Source: an uncultured Dehalococcoidales bacterium
GTDB lineage: Bacteria > Chloroflexota > Dehalococcoidia > Lucifugimonadales > Lucifugimonadaceae
DNA: 64,000 nt
Direction of reading: 5' to 3'
NCBI GenBank assembly: GCA_964424025.1
Contig: CAYRHG010000072.1
Coordinates: 646 to 64,645, forward strand
In this document: one piece after another, positions 17,855 to 24,910 of the stretch
Layout: every line of letters begins with the position of its first letter
Position numbering within the stretch: the first letter of the stretch is position 1
Position numbers and translations under genes: made by a program
The notes under the pieces: generated by a model
Told to the model about the DNA's origin: nothing
The model's input: the letters and a program-made list of their open reading frames with translations, nothing else
The model's database searches: none

Positions 17855-18467
17855 CCGAGGCACCCAAGCCTGCATTTAATCGCCGGCCAGGGCGCCCAAC
17901 GAAAAACGAAACATCGCCGCGTCGTGACGGGTCAGCGCAACCCTTCGAAGACGCAGCAAACACAATTGAATGCAATGGTCGCGGGCGGGGCTACACGGAG
18001 CCGCCAACACACGGCTCCCCGACGGTGCCCGCCAAAAACCCAGTAAGACGGGCCAAACGCGACCGGAAACCCGGTTACGAAGGCGGTTGTAGCTGTAGCG
18101 CTCGGAATGCGGAGACTTACTGCTGACTCCGACTACACAAGCGAGCCAGACGGACACTCCTTCCCCACAATTGGGGGCCTTAGATCCTCCCTCCTTCAGG
18201 AGGGGGCTAGGGGGAGGTCACGTTCAAGGGCCGAGCGAACGAGTCCTTCTATCCGGCAGACATCTACCCGCATCGTCGGGCGGGGGAGGCTACAGCGCTA
18301 GCGAGGGGGAACGAACCGAGCGATGACGGGGGCAGTCTTACAGATGCTCCCCGGAGGTCCGACGGACTGGCGACGTCGGGGGTGCTGGATCCTAAAGTGA
18401 AATCCAAGAAACCTATCGCACGCGATCCCAACGACGCGGCGATGATTCGATAAACCATCCTGTAATC
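17855..18467 (+). other. ORF-free, hairpin-rich G-rich segment (candidate structured RNA or long trpC leader)
   Basis: Only short, compositionally odd ORFs on either strand. Many local stem-loops (for example ggagccg/ccaacaca/cggctcc nested in gcgggc...gcccgc at ~17979-18045, and ccgacg/gactggcga/cgtcgg at ~18358-18378). No RNase P, tmRNA, SRP or tRNA signatures recognised. Confidence 0.3.
18187..18217 (+). repeat. GC hairpin + CTAGGGGGAGG tail (REP-like element)
   Basis: ctccctcc/ttca/ggaggggg (8 bp including one G-U) followed by ctagggggagg. Same hairpin-plus-CTAGGGKGAGG architecture as 18468-18504. Confidence 0.5.
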
Positions 18468-18535
18468 CCCTCTCCCTCGATGGGAGAGGGCTAGGGTGAG
18501 GGTGCGCCTTGTGGTCGCCCTACCAACCAAACAAC
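18468..18535 (+). repeat. repeat unit B: 9-bp hairpin + CTAGGGTGAGGGTG + CCTACCAACCAAACAAC
   Basis: ccctctccc/tcgat/gggagaggg (18468-18490), ctagggtgagggtg (18491-18504), cctaccaaccaaacaac (18519-18535). Confidence 0.6.
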
Positions 18536-18680
18536 CGGGGACCAAATCCCCCGATTAAACGCGCCTGAACAACAACCCAACATCCCCATCCATCCTGTCC
18601 ATCCATGCGAGTCCCCCGCCAGGCGAACTTCGTGATGTTTAAGATTAGGATTACCCTCCCCCTATGTTCTGGCGCCCCTC

Positions 18681-19511
18681 GTGACTCTCGATAACGGAAA
18701 AATGTCCATCCTCGATCGCATCGTCGCGGCGAAGCGGAATCGAATCGAGGACGACAAAGCAACAACGTCGTTGAGTGCGATGATCGGTGCGGCGGAAAAC
18801 GCTACTCACGAAGAGCCGGCGTTGCGGTTCGACGAGGCGATAGGCGCGCCTCGGTCGGTTGCGGTGATCGCAGAGATGAAAAGATCATCGCCATCTGCAG
18901 GTGTGATGGATGCCGATCTCGACCCAGGAGAGCGTGCCGAAGTTTATAGCCGCGCCGGTGCTGCGGCGATATCAGTGTTGACCGAGCAGGACTTTTTTCT
19001 AGGTTCGATTTTCGATCTTGAGACTACATCTCACATCGCACATCAACACGGAGTCGCCGTGCTGGAAAAGGACTTTGTAGTCAATGAATACCAGATCTAC
19101 CAAGCAAGAGCGCACGGTGCGGATACCGTACTTCTGATCATCGCGATTCTGGATCCCGTGCAGTACTACGACCTTTACGAGATCGCTACCGGCCTCGGCA
19201 TGGAGCCATTGGTGGAGGTTTTCGACGAACCAGAGCTGGAAATTGCACTAACGCAAGCTGAACCTCGGATCGTGGGCGTCAACAATCGAAACCTGAAGAC
19301 ATTGACCACATCCTTAGACGTATTCCCAAGGCTCGCGAAGCGCATTCCCGACGACGTGATCAAAGTTGCAGAGAGCGGCATGAAGAACGCTGACGACGTG
19401 AAACGTATGGTCGACGCGGGAGCGAAAGCGGTCCTCGTCGGGGAATCCCTCATGACGTCTGATGGCGATCCGTCCGACCTCATCGCACAGATGGCCGAGA
19501 TTACGGTATGA
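18681..19511 (+). CDS. trpC: indole-3-glycerol phosphate synthase
   Basis: 276-aa ORF (GTG 18681; alternative ATG 18702, MSILDRIVAAKR). IAEMKRSSPS and NNRNL motifs. Confidence 0.9.
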   Translation: MTLDNGKMSILDRIVAAKRNRIEDDKATTSLSAMIGAAENATHEEPALRFDEAIGAPRSVAVIAEMKRSSPSAGVMDADLDPGERAEVYSRAGAAAISVLTEQDFFLGSIFDLETTSHIAHQHGVAVLEKDFVVNEYQIYQARAHGADTVLLIIAILDPVQYYDLYEIATGLGMEPLVEVFDEPELEIALTQAEPRIVGVNNRNLKTLTTSLDVFPRLAKRIPDDVIKVAESGMKNADDVKRMVDAGAKAVLVGESLMTSDGDPSDLIAQMAEITV

Positions 19512-20182
19512 ACCATCAACCCAAGATCAAGATCTGTGGTGTTCGGGATGGCGATGCCGCGTTCGTGGCGGCAAGTTCCGGTGCCGACTTCTTCGGAGTC
19601 GTACTTGTCGAAGGCGTCCGCCGACAACTCACCCCTTTCCGGGCACAAGAGGTCGTTAGAGACTTCCGCATCCGAGCCCGAGATCACCGAGTCAAACGAC
19701 TCCGCCAAAAAGCGACGCAAGTTGTCGGACTGTTCCGAAACCAAGACGCCCGGTGGGTCAATAAAACTGCTCGACAGGTCGACGTCGACTACGTCCAACT
19801 CAACGGAGAAGAAGACGAAGCCTACATGCGCGCCATGTGGAAACCCGTGATCCGACAGGTCCGAATCAAAACCGAATGGTCGCGCGAGGAATTGAGCGAC
19901 TTGGTCGACCACCACCTCTCTCAAGATCGCATCGTGTTGTTGGATCGATACGACGAAGATCAGCCGGGCGGGACCGGAAAGATGTTCGATTGGAGCATTG
20001 CTGAAGGCATCGCGAACCGCGAAGGGGTATTGCTAGCGGGCGGATTGCACCCCGGAAACGTCGACAGCGCATTGCAGGAGTTGAATCCGTGGGGAGTAGA
20101 CGTGTCTACAGGCGTGGAAACCGACGGAATCAAGGACCATTCCAAGATCCGAACGTTCATCGAGACTGCCAAATCGGCGTAA
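19508..20182 (+). CDS. trpF: phosphoribosylanthranilate isomerase
   Basis: 224-aa ORF overlapping the trpC stop by 4 nt. KICGV, ADF.G.V and LAGGL.P.NV motifs. Carries an internal insertion relative to typical ~200-aa TrpF. Confidence 0.85.
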   Translation: MNHQPKIKICGVRDGDAAFVAASSGADFFGVVLVEGVRRQLTPFRAQEVVRDFRIRARDHRVKRLRQKATQVVGLFRNQDARWVNKTARQVDVDYVQLNGEEDEAYMRAMWKPVIRQVRIKTEWSREELSDLVDHHLSQDRIVLLDRYDEDQPGGTGKMFDWSIAEGIANREGVLLAGGLHPGNVDSALQELNPWGVDVSTGVETDGIKDHSKIRTFIETAKSA

Positions 20183-20280
20183 GTGCCCAGGCGTCCGTCG
20201 ATTCGCGATCCCCATTCAACCCGTCTATACTTTCCAAGCACTGAATCCGAGAAACGGCGCTTGGCGCGCGGAGGTAGGTC

Positions 20281-21279
20281 TTGAAGGTAGCTCAGATCGG
20301 AACCAAACATGGCCACGCAGCAGGCGTTTACCAAGTGATGCTCGAGCATCCGGGCGTCGAAGTCGTCGGTTGCTTCGAACCTGATAAGGATCGACAAGCC
20401 TACTGCATCGATTCGGGCGCATGGGACGATGCGGTATGGCTGGATTCCGTCGATGAAATCCTCGAAAACCCCGAGATCGTGGCGGTGGCCTCCGAGGGCG
20501 CTAATCGCGAAAGTTTGGGACACACCGAGGCGATCGTCCGTGCCGGAAAGCACTGTTTCTACGACAAACCGGCCGGCGACAACTTCCATCGCTTCATGCG
20601 TGTCATCGAAGATGCCAAGGCGCAGAATCTCGAAGTCACGCTCGGCTACATGTTCCGAAAGCACGACGGCTTCGAGCGTATGGCCAACTGGATAAGATCC
20701 GGTTTCCTCGGTCACATCTTCCAAATACGCGCCCACATGTCCACCTGGCTGCCAGAAGAATCTGAGGGTGGACAGCACACCGATAGGCGAGGGCTTTCGT
20801 ACCACCGCGGCGGCGTGCTGTACGACCTCGGCGGACACATGCTGGACCAGATCGTCTGGATGATGGGGCGGCCCGAACGTGTGACCCCCTTTCTGCAAAA
20901 CGCGACATCGACGACGCGCGACTTCATGGATAACACGCTCGCCGTACTGGAGTACTCCAACGCCATAGTCACCGTTGACATCGCGGCGATGGAGCCGCAA
21001 CCGACCGCTCGCCGCTTCGAGGTCTACGGCACCGAAGGCTCAGCCATCATGGAGCCATTCGAGCCAGCGGATCAGTTGCGACTGTGCCTCACCGAAGCCA
21101 AAGGCGGCTATGATGAAGGCGTAACGATGATCGATCTCGAAGATCGCCGCCGATACGTCGATACGTTCGCGGCCTTCGTCGACACCATCGAAAACGGCAC
21201 ACCGCCGCTTCGCAGTCTGGAGCACGAACTGCTTGTCCAGGAGACGCTCATGCGGTGCACTGGTGGTTTGGCTAGTTGA
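20281..21279 (+). CDS. Gfo/Idh/MocA family oxidoreductase
   Basis: 332-aa ORF with an N-terminal Rossmann segment (KVAQIGTKHGHA) and a C-terminal alpha/beta domain typical of the family. Confidence 0.8.
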   Translation: MKVAQIGTKHGHAAGVYQVMLEHPGVEVVGCFEPDKDRQAYCIDSGAWDDAVWLDSVDEILENPEIVAVASEGANRESLGHTEAIVRAGKHCFYDKPAGDNFHRFMRVIEDAKAQNLEVTLGYMFRKHDGFERMANWIRSGFLGHIFQIRAHMSTWLPEESEGGQHTDRRGLSYHRGGVLYDLGGHMLDQIVWMMGRPERVTPFLQNATSTTRDFMDNTLAVLEYSNAIVTVDIAAMEPQPTARRFEVYGTEGSAIMEPFEPADQLRLCLTEAKGGYDEGVTMIDLEDRRRYVDTFAAFVDTIENGTPPLRSLEHELLVQETLMRCTGGLAS

Positions 21280-21421
21280 TGTGGTTTGAGAAATTGATCC
21301 AGATGTTTCGAGGTATTAAGTCGCCGTAGCGAGCCTGAATCCAAAAGGTACACAGACACGTTCGTTTGGAGCTGGCATTCGTGAGAACCACGATGCTAGC
21401 GCGTACTACGCTCGTCAATTG

Positions 21422-22231
21422 ATGCCAATCGGCGTTGACGCTGATCTCGATCCCAAACCTCGTCCCGATAACTCGTTGCCGGAACATGCTCGCAACCGGT
21501 TTTTCTGCAAGAGCAGCGAAAATATGGGGGATCTGCCGGACCGTTGTGTGCAACTAATGGTTACGTCGCCCCCGTATAACGTGGGCAAGGATTATGACGA
21601 CGATCTGTCAATGGTCCAGCATCTGGAATTGATACGTAGTGTCATGAGCGAAACATTCCGCGTACTTGTGGACGGTGGAAGGGCCTGCGTAAACGTCGCC
21701 AACATCGGACGTCGACCCTACATCCCGCTTCATGCATACGTCATACAAATCGCCGCCGCGACCGGGTTTTTCATGCGCGGAGAAATCATCTGGGACAAGG
21801 GAATGAGCGGTTCTTCAACCGCGTGGGGCAGTTGGATGTCGCCTGGGAACCCGACGCTTCGCGACACGCACGAGTACATCCTCGTCTTTCAGAAACCGCC
21901 ATTTGGCAGGAAACGTCCTGATGGACGCAGCGCGACGATCTCGCGGGACGATTTTCTCGAATACACGAAAAGTCGATGGACGATGGCTCCGACATCGGCG
22001 AAGCGCGCGATGCACCCGGCACCGTTCCCAGTCGAATTGCCACGAAGATTGATCGACCTATATACGTTTTCGGGTGAAGTAGTGTTGGATCCTTTCATGG
22101 GGACAGGAGCTACAGCGATCGCTGCGAATGAACTCGGACGAGTTTTCGTCGGTTATGAGATATCGGATGCATACGTTGATATCGCTTCCGATCGACTAGC
22201 CGATACGTCGTCGAAACCTGCAACCGAGTGA
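21422..22231 (+). CDS. site-specific DNA methyltransferase, beta-class N4/N6 family (SPPY motif suggests N4-cytosine)
   Basis: ORF 21419..22231. Motif IV TSPPY comes before motif I DPFMGTGAT (beta-class order). No restriction endonuclease gene is adjacent. Confidence 0.85.
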   Translation: MPIGVDADLDPKPRPDNSLPEHARNRFFCKSSENMGDLPDRCVQLMVTSPPYNVGKDYDDDLSMVQHLELIRSVMSETFRVLVDGGRACVNVANIGRRPYIPLHAYVIQIAAATGFFMRGEIIWDKGMSGSSTAWGSWMSPGNPTLRDTHEYILVFQKPPFGRKRPDGRSATISRDDFLEYTKSRWTMAPTSAKRAMHPAPFPVELPRRLIDLYTFSGEVVLDPFMGTGATAIAANELGRVFVGYEISDAYVDIASDRLADTSSKPATE

Positions 22232-22836
22232 TGTCCGACGAAATAGTAGCGGCCATTGCGTCCGCCGTCGCTTCCTATCTCCTCGGTTCCCTGCCCTTCG
22301 CCGTATTGATAGCTCGCACCGCCGGAGTCGACATCTTTCAAGTGGGCACCGCGAATCCAGGAGCGTCGAATGTCTTTCGAAAAGTTGGGCGAGTGTACGG
22401 CGCCGCGGTCTTCGCGTTAGACATACTGAAAGGGGTTGTGGCGGTCTTGGTCGGGATGTTGCTGGGTTGCCCTGACTTTCTATTGCCTGTTGCAGGTTCG
22501 TTCGCCATCGTAGGTCATTGGTTGCCCATCTTCATGCGGTTCAAGGGTGGAGCTGGGTTGGCTACCGGTTTGGGCGTCGGGGTCGCGTTGCTCGGTTGGT
22601 GGGGGCTGATACCCACAATTGCGGGCCTCGCCGCTCTACCGTTCATAAAAGATGGACCCCGATCAGCCGCGGTTACGTTTGCGGTTGCTGTCGTAATTGG
22701 GTTCGCTACTGGACCACAATGGGTCGCGTTAGGCGGCATGGTTTTGATCTTGGCGCTGTTGTTGGGACGACTGTTCCTGGTCGAATTCCCCCGAGATCGA
22801 CGGGGCGAACGTCCAGAACCTCACGTGCGTAGTTGA
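22228..22836 (+). CDS. plsY: glycerol-3-phosphate acyltransferase PlsY
   Basis: 202-aa membrane ORF. GSLPFA and GT.NPGASNV motifs. The start (GTG 22228 or ATG 22231) overlaps the methyltransferase stop. Confidence 0.85.
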   Translation: MMSDEIVAAIASAVASYLLGSLPFAVLIARTAGVDIFQVGTANPGASNVFRKVGRVYGAAVFALDILKGVVAVLVGMLLGCPDFLLPVAGSFAIVGHWLPIFMRFKGGAGLATGLGVGVALLGWWGLIPTIAGLAALPFIKDGPRSAAVTFAVAVVIGFATGPQWVALGGMVLILALLLGRLFLVEFPRDRRGERPEPHVRS

Positions 22837-22923
22837 AGCACTCTGGCGCGCCTATTAGCGAAGCGCGTCGTTGTATATTGAATTGGTGTCGCAGAATGCG
22901 GCCAAGCGAAGCCTGGAGATCGA

Positions 22924-24135
22924 GTGATGCCAACGAGTCAGGAATACAAGGATCTAGAAGCCAAGTACTACATGCAAGTGGTGCGAAGGTTCCCGCCGGT
23001 GCTCGTCAGGGGCGAAGGCTCGCGAGTGTTCGATAACGACGGCAAGTCCTACCTCGACTTCACCGCTGGATGGGCGGTGTTGAACATGGGCCATTCGCAT
23101 CCCGCGGTCACCGCCGCCATAAGTGAGCAGGCCGGAGCGATTATGCAGATGTCCAACCTGTTCTACACGACGCCGCAGCTACCTCTGGCCCAGTTCATCG
23201 TCGAAAACTCGGACGTCGACCGTGTGTTTTTCTGCAATTCGGGCGCGGAAGCCAATGAAGGTGCGTGCAAACTGGCTCGCAAGTATGGGCGGCAGAACTT
23301 GGACGGCGCGTACGAGATAATCACGGCGCTGGATTCATTCCACGGTCGAACTCAAGCGATGATGGCGGCGACGGGGCAACCTCATTACCAGGACAACTGG
23401 ACGCCTCTGATGCCCGGGTTCGTGAACGTGCCCTACAACGACTTCGATGCCATCGCCGGGGCATACGTTGAGGGGCGTACCTGCGCAGTGTTGCTAGAAC
23501 CCGTCCAAGGCGAAGGCGGAGTCAATGTCCCCGACGAAGACTACTTGATAAAGGTCCAAGACTTCTGCAAAGAAAAGAACATTCTTTTCATGTTGGACGA
23601 AGTGCAGACCGGCATGGGTCGGCTAGGCACGGTGTTCGGTTACCAAAGATTCGAGGGCGTCGAACCCGACGTCATGACGCTTGGCAAGGCATTAGGCTCA
23701 GGCGCGCCGCTCGGAGCATTTGCGTGCAAGGAGTTTTGCTCGGTATTGGAGCCTGGTGATCACGGATCTACGTTCGGAGGCAACGCTCTGACAACGGCTG
23801 CCGGCGGTGCTGGCGCGAAGGCTTTGCTGGATGAAGACGGCCCGGGTCAGGCGATGCGCAACGGCGAATACCTGACGGGCAAATTGAACGCTCTACGGGA
23901 AGATCACGAGGTGATCACAGAAGTCCGAGGCATGGGCATGTTGATTGGTGTTGAGATGAAGGAAGAGTTGTCCGCAGCCATAGTGGCGGACTGTGCGGCG
24001 AACGGATTATTGCTGAACGCGGTCCGTCCGAACATGCTCAGATTCATGCCTCCTCTCAACGCGAGCACCGAGGAGATCGATGAAGCGATCGGAATCTTGG
24101 ATTCTGCGCTTGCGAAATCTACCGGCCGCAGTTGA
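22924..24135 (+). CDS. argD: acetylornithine aminotransferase (class III PLP aminotransferase)
   Basis: 403-aa ORF. DEVQTGMGRLG and TLGKALG (PLP lysine) motifs. Other arg genes lie nearby. Confidence 0.85.
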   Translation: MMPTSQEYKDLEAKYYMQVVRRFPPVLVRGEGSRVFDNDGKSYLDFTAGWAVLNMGHSHPAVTAAISEQAGAIMQMSNLFYTTPQLPLAQFIVENSDVDRVFFCNSGAEANEGACKLARKYGRQNLDGAYEIITALDSFHGRTQAMMAATGQPHYQDNWTPLMPGFVNVPYNDFDAIAGAYVEGRTCAVLLEPVQGEGGVNVPDEDYLIKVQDFCKEKNILFMLDEVQTGMGRLGTVFGYQRFEGVEPDVMTLGKALGSGAPLGAFACKEFCSVLEPGDHGSTFGGNALTTAAGGAGAKALLDEDGPGQAMRNGEYLTGKLNALREDHEVITEVRGMGMLIGVEMKEELSAAIVADCAANGLLLNAVRPNMLRFMPPLNASTEEIDEAIGILDSALAKSTGRS

Positions 24136-24327
24136 GCGGACTTAACTTGGCGACCGATTCAGTCGATCGACGTATGTAAATTCCCGGAGCCGCTCTGTGA
24201 ATTGCGTTTAGCCCTTAATGGTTAGAACGACTACGAGTTACGTTGCGAACAGTTGATTGTCAACGGTCGCGTATTGGCGGCGGAGCATACCGTCATGCGC
24301 CCCAGGAAATGCGTCATTCACTCCAAA

Positions 24328-24795
24328 TCAGTCAAATCGGGGGTGCCTGCGCCCGGCGTTCTCCTTGACCCGCGGGTGATGTTCGCGCAGGGCGTAGAAA
24401 CCTCGCCGGTGTGGACGTACAAACCTCTTGTCGCGGTTCATAATCGCGTTGAGCGCAGCTTCGGGTGACTTTTCCGGGAGGTGGCCGCCACGTTGCACGA
24501 CTTCATGGGCAAGAAGTTTGTAATGCATCTCCTCGCCGTTCTTTTCCCTGAGGATCTCGATCGCGACGTCGCGGGGATCGATCGTGTACCGTGGAGCGCT
24601 GTTCGGTACGTCAATGGGTTGACCATCGTCGATCGCGAGCAGAGACCTCAACGCAACGACTTCAGCATTGATCTGAGACCGTTCCAATTCGAGATCTTTG
24701 ATATTTTCGTCCGCAACCTTCAACCGAGATTCCAATTCACCCAATTGGCGCTCAGCCTCTTGTCGAAACCCTGCTTCCAAGTGGTGTTTGTTCAT
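24328..24795 (-). CDS. coiled-coil protein with C-terminal HARE-HTH-like winged-helix domain
   Basis: 155-aa ORF. N-terminal ~55 aa is heptad-like (LGELESRLKVADENIKDLELERSQINAEV). The C-terminal segment DVAIEILREKNGEEMHYKLLAHEVVQRGGHL..KSPEAALNAIMNRDKRFVRPHRRGFYALRE resembles the HARE-HTH / RpoE-delta N-terminal fold pattern. Confidence 0.6.
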   Translation of the reverse strand: MNKHHLEAGFRQEAERQLGELESRLKVADENIKDLELERSQINAEVVALRSLLAIDDGQPIDVPNSAPRYTIDPRDVAIEILREKNGEEMHYKLLAHEVVQRGGHLPEKSPEAALNAIMNRDKRFVRPHRRGFYALREHHPRVKENAGRRHPRFD

Positions 24796-24839
24796 ATGCG
24801 ATTCCTTTCCCGGACCACTAAACCTACATAACGATCAAA

Positions 24840-24868
24840 ATATTACATTCAATATAGAGTCCTGTCAA
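24840..24868 (-). promoter_or_regulatory. near-consensus sigma70-type promoter for the HARE-HTH gene
   Basis: On the minus strand: TTGACA (24868-24863), exactly 17 nt, TAATAT (24845-24840). About 45 nt upstream of the ATG, with GGAAAGGA just before the start. Confidence 0.55.
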
Positions 24869-24910
24869 GGACAATGCGCGATGACAGTAATGTGCGATTA
24901 ACTCGCAAGA

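Noticed and set aside
17650-18680. RNase P RNA, tmRNA, SRP RNA, a second T-box or a tRNA in the 1-kb ORF-free region
   Set aside because: ccggaaacccggttac superficially resembles the RNase P P4 3' strand, but no GGAAAGUCCGG partner exists on either strand. There is no tmRNA tag or 3' CCA-arm signature, no SRP GGAA/AGCA motif, no GGGTGGTACCGCG, and no GGTTCRANYC T-loop.
19175-21000. 249-aa and 346-aa minus-strand ORFs (19175..19924, 19960..21000)
   Set aside because: They are antisense to trpC/trpF and to the Gfo/Idh/MocA oxidoreductase, which carry clear family motifs. The antisense products have no recognisable domains.
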